From assembly GCA_963784595.1 (NCBI GenBank), contig CAWARX010000002.1, forward strand, positions 34,057 to 98,056: a stretch of 64,000 nt of DNA, in the 5' to 3' direction. This stretch comes from an uncultured Actinomycetes bacterium. Its GTDB lineage: Bacteria; Actinomycetota; Acidimicrobiia; IMCC26256; DASPTH01. This document shows positions 1 to 8,552 of this stretch, in pieces (within the stretch, counting starts at the first letter, position 1; each line of letters begins with the position of its first letter). Below the pieces are notes generated by a model that saw only the letters and a program-made list of their open reading frames with translations, did not search any database and had not been told where the DNA came from. Position numbers and translations under genes: made by a program.

Positions 1-427
1 AGAGACCGAGCCACGCGAGGTGGAACGGGAAGAACAGCGCCGCCGCGTCGGGCAGCGGGATCACGTCGGGCATCTCGAAGGTGGACACCGCCGGGCAGAT
101 CGCGTACTCGGCGAAACCGCCGTGGGCCTGCTGGGTGATGGCCACGACCCGCTTCCCGAGCAGGGCTCCGGTCCCGGGGCCGCACGCGTCGACGATGCCC
201 ATCGTCTCCATGCCGGGCGAGTACGGCAGTTCGGGACGCACCATCATGTTCCCGCCGGTGATGCGCTCGAGGTCGTTGAGGTTGAAGGGGATGCCGAGCG
301 CGCGCACCAGCACTTCGCCGGCGCCGGGTTCCGGGACGTCGACGTCGTCGAGCCGGAGCACCTCGATCGGCTCGCCGTACTCGTGGGTGCGCCACGCCCG
401 CATGGTCTTCGGGACGGTCGCGGTCAT
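1..427 (-). CDS. Zn-dependent alcohol dehydrogenase / NADPH:quinone oxidoreductase family protein (MDR superfamily). Only the 5' part is present; the gene runs off the window start.
   Basis: Absent from the ORF track because there is no stop in the window. Manual translation from the ATG at 427-425 gives MTATVPKTMRAWRTHEYGEPIEVLRLDDVDVPEPGAGEVLVRALGIPFNLNDLERITGG...YSPGMETMGIVDACGPG, a typical MDR GroES-like N-terminal domain. The start forms an ATGA overlap with the stop of the upstream sulfotransferase gene. Confidence 0.8.
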   Translation of the reverse strand, partial: MTATVPKTMRAWRTHEYGEPIEVLRLDDVDVPEPGAGEVLVRALGIPFNLNDLERITGGNMMVRPELPYSPGMETMGIVDACGPGTGALLGKRVVAITQQAHGGFAEYAICPAVSTFEMPDVIPLPDAAALFFPFHLAWLGL

Positions 428-1617
428 GCGGCGTCCCCGTCGCCGGTTTCGGGTTCGAGGCCGAAGCGTTCGATGTAGGGGGCGAACTCCTTGCGCACCA
501 CCGCGGGGTCGACGCCGTACTCCTCGGGCCGGTACCGGTGGATGCCGTCCTTCCCCTTCGGGTGGTCGGCGATGTACGCGCGGATCGCGTCGGCCGCCGT
601 CGGGGACATCGGGAGGTCGAGCGCGTCGTAGATCTTCTCGATCTCGGCGAACTGATCCGCGACGAAGTCGGAGAAGTACATGTCGTAGAACACCGCGTCG
701 GGGTAGTCGCGAGCGGCGCGCACGGCCATCGTGCGCTCGAGCATCTTCTCGAGCCGGGCCGACCAGTCGGCGGCGATCTCGAACGGGTCGACCTCGTCAC
801 TCCCCCGGGAGCGCACGAGCGCGGTGAGACTCGCGTACGAGGTGAGCGACTTCACCGGGTCGCGGTGGGTGAACACGATCCGGGCGTCGGGATAGGTCTC
901 CAGGAGCTGCGCCAGGCCCCACATGTGCGCCCCGGTCTTCAGCATCCAGCGATCGCCGGGCTTGTGCCACCAGAGGTGCTGGAGCTGGCGGCGGTGGAAG
1001 TCGTAGACCGCGCCGTAGTCGGCCTCGTCGTCGACCCAGTCCTGGTAGGTGGGCACGCGCAGCTGGTTGTGGAACAGCGGCGTACACATCGTCTCGCCCA
1101 TCATCACGACGCATTCCTGCGACAGTGTCGCCCCCATGGGGTGCATCGCCTTGAACATCTCCGACTGCATGTCGCCGGTCGGGATCGTCGCCTGGCACGC
1201 CGCGACGCGCGGGTCGTCGTTGCCGACCGACGCCTCGGGAGGCGGCGACGGGAACATCAGCTCCCAGGTGAGCGGGGCACGGTTTGCGGGATCCTGGTTG
1301 AGGATGTCGTGCAGGATCGTGGTGCCGGTGCGTGGGAGGCCGACGATGAACACCGGCTCGACCACGTCGACCCGCGCGATCTCCGGGTACCGCTCCCGGT
1401 CCCGCGCGTACTCCAGACGGTTCTTCACGTGGAGGAGGATGCGCTCCTCGGCGATGAAACGACCCACGTCGTTGAGACGGCCGTCGCGGTTCAACGAATC
1501 GACGAAGCGGTCGAGCCCCTCGAGGAACTGCCCAGGCCCGAGCTCCGTGAGCCCACCCGCCCGCTCCCGGCCCTTCTCCAACAGCACGTCACGGTCGAAG
1601 CTCGTGGTCGAGGTCAT
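424..1617 (-). CDS. sulfotransferase family protein
   Basis: From ORF 424..1680. PAPS-binding P-loop-like motif GLPRTGTT. Start placed at the internal ATG at 1617 (MTSTTSFDRD), since the upstream 21 codons are Arg/Gly-rich. Confidence 0.85.
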   Translation of the reverse strand: MTSTTSFDRDVLLEKGRERAGGLTELGPGQFLEGLDRFVDSLNRDGRLNDVGRFIAEERILLHVKNRLEYARDRERYPEIARVDVVEPVFIVGLPRTGTTILHDILNQDPANRAPLTWELMFPSPPPEASVGNDDPRVAACQATIPTGDMQSEMFKAMHPMGATLSQECVVMMGETMCTPLFHNQLRVPTYQDWVDDEADYGAVYDFHRRQLQHLWWHKPGDRWMLKTGAHMWGLAQLLETYPDARIVFTHRDPVKSLTSYASLTALVRSRGSDEVDPFEIAADWSARLEKMLERTMAVRAARDYPDAVFYDMYFSDFVADQFAEIEKIYDALDLPMSPTAADAIRAYIADHPKGKDGIHRYRPEEYGVDPAVVRKEFAPYIERFGLEPETGDGDAA

Positions 1618-1627
1618 GGGCCGGACG

Positions 1628-2404
1628 CTAGCTGTGCTGGAAACGCGGCCCCCCACGATCGCCCGGCCAACGCGAACCACCGATGGTGTCGGCGTAGGGC
1701 CAGAACGCGATCGGGTCGAGCTTGCCGGCGACGGTGATCTCCCGGCTCTTGTGGATCGGCGTGACGAGGTCGGCCGAGATCTGCTCTCGCATGGGGAGCA
1801 ACTCGGTGTACGGGTCCCACGGGCTGTCGCGCAGCACCAGCACCCCGTCGACGGTCTCGCGGTGCGCGGTGTCGCTCACGCTCGCGACCCGGACCACGGT
1901 CGGCGGGAAGTCGTAGCTCTTCTCGACTCCCCCGACCGCACGCGACGACTTGATCCACCAGTCGTTCTCCGCGTACTCACCCGAGGGGTCATCGACCGCG
2001 CCCGTGACCTCGCCGCGGAACTCGAGGAACGTGTAGCCCTGGTGGGTGCAGCGGGCGACGACCGTGTCTCCCTGGCGGAAGTAGACGATGGAGCACGGGA
2101 ATTTGGGCTGACCGTTGAGCTCCTGGCTGATGAAGATCGCCGACTCCTGGTCGATGCCGAGACCGATGCCGTAGTAGCCCTCGATCCCGTCGTAGTCGGC
2201 CTCGACCTTGGTCGACACGCCGTACTCGGGCTCGCCCTTCACCGGCACGTTGTAGATGTTGACGTGCACGTGCGGATTGCGCCCCGGCTCGATCCCGGGG
2301 GGCAGCAGCTCGGCGATCTTCTCGGCGTCGGTCCGGTAGACGATCTTCAGCAGCGGCCAGCTCGCGATCTCGCCGGGTCGGATCTGTGGTGCGTTCGAGT
2401 TCAT
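1628..2404 (-). CDS. acetoacetate decarboxylase (ADC) family protein
   Basis: From ORF 1628..2629. The domain-like sequence begins at the ATG at 2404 (MNSNAPQIRPGEIASWPLLKIVYRTDAEKIAELLPPGIEP...). The upstream part of the ORF is low-complexity Pro/Ser/Arg. Confidence 0.85.
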   Translation of the reverse strand: MNSNAPQIRPGEIASWPLLKIVYRTDAEKIAELLPPGIEPGRNPHVHVNIYNVPVKGEPEYGVSTKVEADYDGIEGYYGIGLGIDQESAIFISQELNGQPKFPCSIVYFRQGDTVVARCTHQGYTFLEFRGEVTGAVDDPSGEYAENDWWIKSSRAVGGVEKSYDFPPTVVRVASVSDTAHRETVDGVLVLRDSPWDPYTELLPMREQISADLVTPIHKSREITVAGKLDPIAFWPYADTIGGSRWPGDRGGPRFQHS

Positions 2405-2498
2405 GGCTGCTCCTGCGCTGACGACGGTATCTCGCGGACAGTGTGCCCGCCGCCGGGCAATGTCGCCAGGTGACCAGCCCCGGCCGGCTGCCGGGCCG

Positions 2499-2693
2499 TC
2501 AGGCGGGTTCGGGCGGGAAGAGCTCGGCGACGAACTCCTCGAGCGCGGCCCGGCCGTCGGAATCGGTGACGTCGCCGACGAAGACTGCGGTCCGGGTGCC
2601 TGCCGATTCCAGCCCGCGCGCCACCTCACCGAGCGCGGCGGCGTCGCTGCCCACCAGCACGACGACCGGTTGGAAGCTCGCCCCGCCGGTCAC
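2499..2693 (-). CDS. hypothetical 64-aa protein, translationally coupled to the MauE/DoxX gene
   Basis: GTG at 2693 overlaps the TGA of the upstream gene (GTGA). Sequence VTGGASFQPVVVLVGSDAAALGEVARGLESAGTRTAVFVGDVTDSDGRAALEEFVAELFPPEPA. I recognise no family. Confidence 0.35.
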   Translation of the reverse strand: MTGGASFQPVVVLVGSDAAALGEVARGLESAGTRTAVFVGDVTDSDGRAALEEFVAELFPPEPA

Positions 2694-3181
2694 GTACGCA
2701 CCACGAGCACGGCCGACACCGCGGCGAAGCCGGCGCCGAGCAGGAGCGTCGCGAACACCGCGGAAGGCTCCCGCATGGTCGTGGCGCTGGTGGCCACCAG
2801 CGCCAGCACGAGGAACCACGTGTTCCGCACCAGGGACCCGACCGAGAGGTCGCGCCGCCGCGACGCGGCTCCGAAGCAGTTGCACGGTCGACGGTCGTTG
2901 ACGATCACGCGCCGGACCAGCACGACCGTGAACATCGCGAACGTCGCCAGGGCGAGATAGCTCGGCCAGCTCGCGTCGACGAGCAGCAACAGCCCGGCCA
3001 GCACCAGCTCGTAGAGGGGAAGCACCAGCGCCACCAGGACCGAGACCCACGCGAAGCCGCCGAACTGCTCGCGGTACGTGCGGATCGACTGGCGGACCGC
3101 GAACAGCTTGCCGAGCCCCGACACCACGAGGACGAGGGCGACGACGACACGAGCCGCCAGCGCGACGTCGTCGGTCGTCAT
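2690..3181 (-). CDS. MauE/DoxX family redox-associated membrane protein
   Basis: From ORF 2690..3244, start at ATG 3181 (MTTDDVALAARVVVALVLVVSGLGKL...). Four hydrophobic helices and a CNCFG motif typical of MauE-like proteins. Confidence 0.75.
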   Translation of the reverse strand: MTTDDVALAARVVVALVLVVSGLGKLFAVRQSIRTYREQFGGFAWVSVLVALVLPLYELVLAGLLLLVDASWPSYLALATFAMFTVVLVRRVIVNDRRPCNCFGAASRRRDLSVGSLVRNTWFLVLALVATSATTMREPSAVFATLLLGAGFAAVSAVLVVRT

Positions 3182-3182
3182 C

Positions 3183-3689
3183 TCACCGATCGTGCATCTT
3201 CTCGTACCCGCCCTTGAAGAACAGGAGGGGACGAGCGCCTTCACGCATGTCGAGGTCGAGGACCCGGCCGACGATGATCTTGTGGTCGCCGCCGGGGTAC
3301 TCGGCCTCGAACCGGCAGTCGAGGTAGGCGATCGCCTCCTCGAGCACGGGGGCGCCGGAGACGCCCACCCGCCACGGCGTCTGGCCGAAGCGGTCCGCGC
3401 CCTTCGTGGCGAACAGCTGCGAGAGCGCTTCGTGCTCCTCGCCGAGGATGTTCACGGCGAACGTGCCCGCGCGTTCGATCCGCGGCCACGTCGACGACGT
3501 GTGGGCGACGCAGAACAGGATCAACGGTGGGTCGAGCGAGAGCGACGTGAACGAGTTCGCGGCGATGCCGACGGGCTCGTCGTCGTCGATGGCGGTGATG
3601 ATGGTGACCCCGGTCGCGAAGTGGCCCAGCACGGAGCGGAACCGCGCGTCGTCAGGGACCAGCAGCGTCTCGGAGGGTTCGTCGGGCAC
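3183..3689 (-). CDS. flavin reductase family protein (HpaC-like NAD(P)H:flavin oxidoreductase)
   Basis: 168 aa. GHFATGVTIITA...AANSFTSLSLDPPLILFCV is characteristic of the flavin reductase-like domain. Confidence 0.9.
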   Translation of the reverse strand: MPDEPSETLLVPDDARFRSVLGHFATGVTIITAIDDDEPVGIAANSFTSLSLDPPLILFCVAHTSSTWPRIERAGTFAVNILGEEHEALSQLFATKGADRFGQTPWRVGVSGAPVLEEAIAYLDCRFEAEYPGGDHKIIVGRVLDLDMREGARPLLFFKGGYEKMHDR

Positions 3690-3704
3690 CTGGTGCTCCT
3701 GGGT

Positions 3705-4574
3705 TCAGCCGTGCGACGGGCGCAACGCGTGACGCAGGCCGTCAGAAGCGGCGAACACCTCGGGCCCGCCGACGCAGGCCGAGAATTCGCGCGCGTCGCG
3801 GAGGATCGTGTCGATGCGGTCGTCGCCGTGCGACGGACAGTGGTGGAACAGCGCGAGCTGGCGCGCCCCGGCCTCCTTGGCCACGTGGATCGCGTACTCG
3901 ATCGTGCAGTGCCCCCACGTGCGCTTGATCTCGTACTCCTCGGAGGTGTGCTGCGCGTCGTGGATGAGCAGGTCGACGCCGTCGCACAGCTCGAGCACCT
4001 CGACGGGCACGTAGTCGTCGGGGTCGTCGGGCACGGTGCCGGGTCCGTGGTCGGACAGGTAGGCGACGGACGCACCTTCGATCTCGACCCGGAAGCCGAG
4101 GGTGGGATCAGTGTGACGCACCCAGCGCGACCGGACCTTCGCCCCGTTCACGGCGAAGTCGTCGTTGGCCACCGCCTCGAACGCGACCGCGCCCCGGAGC
4201 TCTTCGGGCGTGATCGGGAAGTACGGCGGGCTCATCACGCCGCGGAACACGCTGGCCAGCGGCCCCGCCTCCTGGTGCGGGCCGATCACGTTCACCGTGC
4301 CACCCCCGGCCGCGAGCGGCGCGAAGAAGGGGAGGCCCTGGATGTGGTCCCAGTGGAGGTGGCTGAGCAGCACCGTGGCGCGGTAGCCGTCGAGGCCGTC
4401 ACCGGCGGCGATGGCGTCGCCGTAGTTCCTCAGCCCGGTACCGAGGTCGAAGAGCACCGGGTCGTGACCCTCGGACACGACCTCCACGCAGGAGGTGTTG
4501 CCCCCGTAGCGGTCGAACTGGTGGCCGTCACACGGAGTCGATCCGCGGACCCCCCAGAAGGTCACATGCGTCAT
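3705..4574 (-). CDS. MBL fold metallo-hydrolase
   Basis: From ORF 3705..4583. HxHxDH motif SHLHWDHIQG. The ATG at 4574 (MTHVTFWGVRGS) is preferred, with the GTG at 4583 as an alternative. Confidence 0.85.
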   Translation of the reverse strand: MTHVTFWGVRGSTPCDGHQFDRYGGNTSCVEVVSEGHDPVLFDLGTGLRNYGDAIAAGDGLDGYRATVLLSHLHWDHIQGLPFFAPLAAGGGTVNVIGPHQEAGPLASVFRGVMSPPYFPITPEELRGAVAFEAVANDDFAVNGAKVRSRWVRHTDPTLGFRVEIEGASVAYLSDHGPGTVPDDPDDYVPVEVLELCDGVDLLIHDAQHTSEEYEIKRTWGHCTIEYAIHVAKEAGARQLALFHHCPSHGDDRIDTILRDAREFSACVGGPEVFAASDGLRHALRPSHG

Positions 4575-4650
4575 CGGCGACACACGGATCAGGCTACCCG
4601 CTCGCTCCCGGACCGCACTTTCTCGGGTCGAGTCTCCTTCGTCACATCTC

Positions 4651-5499
4651 CTAGCTCAGCACCCGCCGTTTGAACCCGTTGATGCCCAGCCACGTGAAGA
4701 GTGCCGAGAACCCGATGACCGCGCCGTAGATGGCCCAGAGACTCATGTGGGGTGACGTGGTCAACGCGGCCCGGAACCCTTCGCACATGTAGACGAGCGG
4801 GTTCACGAGCACCACGATCTGGAGCCAGCGGATCGCCTCGAGCGACGACCACGAGTAGTAGACGCACCCGAGGAAGGTCAACGGGATCACGATGATGCCG
4901 AACAGCAGGGGCACGGTACGCGGATCGAAGCGCGTCCCGAACGTGAGCCCGAGCGCCCCGCACATGTAGCAGGCGAGCGGGGTGAGGGTGAGGAGCACCG
5001 GCCAGTTGATGTTCAGGCTCACCGGGGTGGCGGGCACGATGGCGGCGATCGGGAACACGAGCAGGGCCGAGAACAGGCCGCTCAGCGCCCCCCAGATCGC
5101 CTTCTGGATCGCCACCAGCGCCACCGGCATCGGCGCCAGCACCCGGTCTTCGATCTCCCGCGTGTACCCGAATTCCTGGACCATGGGCAGCGACACCGAC
5201 TGGATGCCCTGCATCAGGATCGCGATCCCCACGACGCCGGCGACGAGGAGCGTCGAGAACACGCTCGCCGCGCCCGGCCCGCCGACGCCCTGGCCGATCT
5301 TCGGGAAGACGTAGGTGAACACGAAGACGAGCAGGAACGGCTGGAGGATCGTGCGCGGGATGAACTCCTTGAGCGTCTTGCGCAGCACGACGAGGTCTCG
5401 CAACAGCAGGGCACGGAACGCGACGCGGGCGGCGGCGACGGGCTTGCGGGTCGGCGCGAGCGTCGCGGGCGCGGGCGTGGGCACGGTGACGGCGCTCAT
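4651..5499 (-). CDS. ABC-2 type transporter permease
   Basis: 282 aa with six predicted TM helices. ATGA overlap with the upstream ATPase gene. Confidence 0.85.
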   Translation of the reverse strand: MSAVTVPTPAPATLAPTRKPVAAARVAFRALLLRDLVVLRKTLKEFIPRTILQPFLLVFVFTYVFPKIGQGVGGPGAASVFSTLLVAGVVGIAILMQGIQSVSLPMVQEFGYTREIEDRVLAPMPVALVAIQKAIWGALSGLFSALLVFPIAAIVPATPVSLNINWPVLLTLTPLACYMCGALGLTFGTRFDPRTVPLLFGIIVIPLTFLGCVYYSWSSLEAIRWLQIVVLVNPLVYMCEGFRAALTTSPHMSLWAIYGAVIGFSALFTWLGINGFKRRVLS

Positions 5500-6446
5500 T
5501 CGCGAAGGTCCTTCCCGGTCAGGTTGATGAAGACGGTCTCGAGCGTCGGTTCGGTGACCGAGAGGTCCGACACGTCGAAGCCGTGACGCTCGGCGACGTT
5601 GAACACGATCGGCAGCACACCCTCCTGGGCCCGCACGCCGACCAGCACGGTGCCGTCGACCCGTGTGGCCTGTTGCGCGCCGGGCACCTCGGCGGCGAGC
5701 ACCTCGGCCAGGGCGTCGAGGTCACCGCCGGCGGAGACGGTCACCATCGTGTCGGCACCGGTCGAGCGCTTGAGCTCGTCCGGGGGGCCGAGCGCGAGCA
5801 GCCGGCCGCGGTCGATGATCGCCAACCGGTTGCACAGCTCGTCGGCTTCCTCCATGTAGTGGGTGGTCAGGAGGATCGTCTGCCCCTCGGCGTGCAGCTC
5901 GCCCAGGATCTCCCAGAGCGCGAGCCGGCTCTGCGGATCGAGCCCGGCCGTCGGCTCGTCGAGGAACAGGGTGGCGGGACGGTGCATGATCGCCCGCGCC
6001 ACCATGAGGCGCTGCGCCATGCCCCCCGACAGCGCGGCGACGGGTTCCTTGCCCCGTTCCGCGAGGCGGAACTGCTCGAGCAGACGGTCGGCCTCGGCGC
6101 GGGCGGTGCCGGCCGACATCCCGAAGAACCGACCGTGGAAGTAGAGGTTCTCCCACACGCTGAGCGAGCGGTCGAGCGTGTTGCTCTGCGGTACGACCCC
6201 GATCACCTGCTTGGCCGCGGTGGGGTGCGCGACCACGTCGATGCCACCCACGAACGCGCGGCCGCTCGTGGGGATGACCCGGGTCGTGAGCATGCCCGCG
6301 GTCGTGGTCTTCCCTGCGCCGTTCGGACCGAGGAGCCCGAAGATCTCGCCCCGGTGCACCTCGAGGTCGAGCTCGTCGACCGCCTTGAGCCCTCCCGGAT
6401 AGACCTTGGTGAGCTGCTCGGTGCGCATCACCACATCGTCAGCCAT
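5496..6446 (-). CDS. ABC transporter ATP-binding protein (DrrA/NodI-like exporter ATPase)
   Basis: From ORF 5496..6653, start at ATG 6446 (MADDVVMRTEQL). Walker A GPNGAGKTT, signature LSGGMAQRL, Walker B LFLDEPTAGLD. Confidence 0.9.
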   Translation of the reverse strand: MADDVVMRTEQLTKVYPGGLKAVDELDLEVHRGEIFGLLGPNGAGKTTTAGMLTTRVIPTSGRAFVGGIDVVAHPTAAKQVIGVVPQSNTLDRSLSVWENLYFHGRFFGMSAGTARAEADRLLEQFRLAERGKEPVAALSGGMAQRLMVARAIMHRPATLFLDEPTAGLDPQSRLALWEILGELHAEGQTILLTTHYMEEADELCNRLAIIDRGRLLALGPPDELKRSTGADTMVTVSAGGDLDALAEVLAAEVPGAQQATRVDGTVLVGVRAQEGVLPIVFNVAERHGFDVSDLSVTEPTLETVFINLTGKDLRE

Positions 6447-6448
6447 GG

Positions 6449-6901
6449 TCACTCGGCCACCTCCTGCTGCTGCGTGAAGTAGTCGTGGATCCGCATGAGC
6501 GCACGACCGAGCACCTCGGCCTCGCGCGTGGTGAGGATCCCGCGGAGCTCGGTGTCGACCTCGTGCACGACCTCGTGGAGCTCCTCGCGCCGCGTCCGCC
6601 CCGCCGCGGTGACGACCACCCGCGCGACCCGGCGGTCGTCGGGATCCGCGCACCGTTCGACGAGGCCCTCGCGCTCGAGCTTGTCGAGGTGGCGCACCAG
6701 CGTGGGGGGCTCGATGCGCATACGTTGCGCGAGCTCGCGCTGGCTCGCGCCGTCGGCCACGGCGGCCTCGCGCAACAGCACCCAGTTCCAGAGGCTGGCG
6801 CCGTGGTCGCGCAGCCGCGCATCGAGCACGTCGGCGAGGGCCCGTTGCCCGAGGTAGAGCCGGCGGCCGAGCGGTGGTTCCACGGCCGATATCGTTAGCA
6901 C
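6449..6901 (-). CDS. MarR family transcriptional regulator
   Basis: 150 aa with a winged-HTH region (SQRELAQRMRIEPPTLVRHLDKLEREGLVER...DRRV). GTG start. First gene of the MarR / ABC ATPase / permease operon. Confidence 0.85.
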   Translation of the reverse strand: MLTISAVEPPLGRRLYLGQRALADVLDARLRDHGASLWNWVLLREAAVADGASQRELAQRMRIEPPTLVRHLDKLEREGLVERCADPDDRRVARVVVTAAGRTRREELHEVVHEVDTELRGILTTREAEVLGRALMRIHDYFTQQQEVAE

Positions 6902-6921
6902 ACTAATGATTAGTTGTGCAA
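6895..6921. promoter_or_regulatory. imperfect palindrome TTAGCACACTAATGATTAGTTGTGCAA overlapping the MarR start codon (autoregulatory operator candidate)
   Basis: Inner arms CTAAT/ATTAG are perfect. Outer arms TTAGCACA/TTGTGCAA match at 6 of 8 positions (read as reverse complements). This is the only AT-rich patch in the region. Confidence 0.4.
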
Positions 6922-7479
6922 CTACCTTTTCCGGGGTGACCCGGGGCCCCCGTCGCGCACCTTCTCCACGTGCACGAGCGCCTCGCGCAGCTGGTCGATC
7001 CAGTCACCTTCGTGGTCACCGACCAGGCGGACGCACCACGCGAGCGCGTGGCTGCGGCTGCGCGCGACGCCGGCGTCGACGAGCGTGTCGAGCACCTGGC
7101 GCTCGGGCAGGCGCAGCCGGGTCATCACCGGGACGCTCAGCACGGTGAACAGGTCCTGCTCGTCACCGCAGCGGGCGCCCCAGGCGACCTTGCGGGCGAA
7201 GCGGGCCTCGGCCTCGTCGGCGATGCGCATCCGCAGCGCCCGGGTGTCCTCGCGGAACCCCTCGATCCGGGCCCGCCGGGCTGCGGCGCGGGTGTGGTCG
7301 TCGCCCGTGCCGGTGTCGGGCTCCGCCAGGGTCCCGACCACGAAGATCTCGTCACGGTCGTGGGTGACCTCGGGCGGTCCGGTGAACCAGCCGTCGGGCA
7401 GGCGGCCGGCGAACCAGCCCGCCAACGTGGCGGCCGCCGGCGGTACCGAACCGGCGGTGGAGCGGGCATCCTGGGGCAT
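6922..7479 (-). CDS. conserved hypothetical protein
   Basis: 185-aa ORF with normal composition. I recognise no motif with confidence. Confidence 0.6.
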   Translation of the reverse strand: MPQDARSTAGSVPPAAATLAGWFAGRLPDGWFTGPPEVTHDRDEIFVVGTLAEPDTGTGDDHTRAAARRARIEGFREDTRALRMRIADEAEARFARKVAWGARCGDEQDLFTVLSVPVMTRLRLPERQVLDTLVDAGVARSRSHALAWCVRLVGDHEGDWIDQLREALVHVEKVRDGGPGSPRKR

Positions 7480-7491
7480 GTGATTACAATA

Positions 7492-7917
7492 TTACATCGT
7501 TCCGTCGACGGCAACCCGGATGGCGGCGGCGACGCCGGCCGCCTCCTCGGCGTCGGCGTAGCGCCCCCGGGGCCAGAAGAAGCCCCGGAGACCGTCCTTG
7601 GGGTTGCGCGGCACGGCGTGCACATGGAGATGGGGGACGCTCTGACTCACCACGTTGTTCATGGCCACGAACGATCCGGCACTGCCGGTGGCGTCCTGCA
7701 CCGCGGCCGCCACCTGCTGCACCCGAGCGAACAGCTCGTCGCGGAACGTCGCCTCGAGGTCGCGCAGGGTCACGACGTGGGCTCGCGGCACCACGAGCGT
7801 GTGGCCCTTGAACAGGGGCCGGTGGTCGAGGAACGCGACGACGTCCGCCGTGTCGAGGACGAGGTCAGCCGGGGTCTCCCCCGCCACGATCGAGCAGAAG
7901 CGGCACCCGTCGGCCAT
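7492..7917 (-). CDS. HIT family protein
   Basis: Histidine triad HLHVHAVP and N-terminal CRFC. Confidence 0.9.
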   Translation of the reverse strand: MADGCRFCSIVAGETPADLVLDTADVVAFLDHRPLFKGHTLVVPRAHVVTLRDLEATFRDELFARVQQVAAAVQDATGSAGSFVAMNNVVSQSVPHLHVHAVPRNPKDGLRGFFWPRGRYADAEEAAGVAAAIRVAVDGTM

Positions 7918-7935
7918 CGCGGGCAGGATCGCGGA

Positions 7936-8451
7936 TCAGTCGGCGGCGTGGGGCGACTCGTACGGCCGCTCCCGGGGCCGGGTCGCCTCACGCTTGGGCA
8001 CCATCACCTTGCGGCGGAAGTAGCACACCTCTTCCCCGCGCTGGTTGAAGCCGCGGCTCTCGACCGTGACGACCCCCCGATCGGGCCGGCTCGACGACTC
8101 GCGCTTGTCGAGCACGAAGGTCTCGGCGTAGATGGTGTCGCCGTGGAACGTCGGCATCTTGTGCTGGAGCGACTCCACCTCGAGGTTGGCGATGGCTGCG
8201 CCGCTGACGTCGGCAACGCTCATGCCGAGCACCAACGAGTACACGAGGTTGCCGACGACGACGTTCTTGCCGAACTGCGTCTGGGTCTCCGCGAACCAGG
8301 CGTCGGTGTGGAGCGGGTGGTGGTTCATCGTGATCATGCAGAACAGGTGGTCGTCGGCCTCGGTGATGGTCTTGCCCGGCCAGTGCTGGTAGAGGTCGCC
8401 GGGCTCGAAGTCCTCGTAGTACCGGCCGAAGGGCCGGTCGTAGGTCGTCAT
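7936..8451 (-). CDS. MaoC family dehydratase (R-specific enoyl-CoA hydratase fold)
   Basis: 171 aa with a hot-dog fold signature (HHPLHTD...GNLVYSL). Confidence 0.85.
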   Translation of the reverse strand: MTTYDRPFGRYYEDFEPGDLYQHWPGKTITEADDHLFCMITMNHHPLHTDAWFAETQTQFGKNVVVGNLVYSLVLGMSVADVSGAAIANLEVESLQHKMPTFHGDTIYAETFVLDKRESSSRPDRGVVTVESRGFNQRGEEVCYFRRKVMVPKREATRPRERPYESPHAAD

Positions 8452-8552
8452 GCGCGCGACATTAGCGACGCCCGATCCGGGCGGTCCGCTCCCGGATCTC
8501 GCCGCCCCGGCGGGGCGGGGGCCGGTAGTTTGACGCCGGAGATGATGCGACG

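Noticed and set aside
7480-7494. AT-rich spacer gtgattacaatattaca between the HIT gene stop and the next gene start, considered as an internal promoter (TAATAT -10 on the minus strand).
   Set aside because: The hexamer is 9 nt from the ATG, no -35 is visible, and the 12-nt gap is equally compatible with simple co-transcription. The evidence is too weak to call.
8529-8539. The 10-11-nt core of the 51369-51415 hairpin arm, CCGGCGTCAA(A), recurs at 8529-39 (reverse orientation, 14 nt before the ABC exporter ATG) and at 22526-36 (before selD). This hinted at a dispersed repeat or shared operator.
   Set aside because: Only the short GC-rich core matches and the flanks do not. By rough base-composition estimate the expected chance count is about 0.3 per window, so two extra hits are weak evidence. 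A genome-wide count would be needed.
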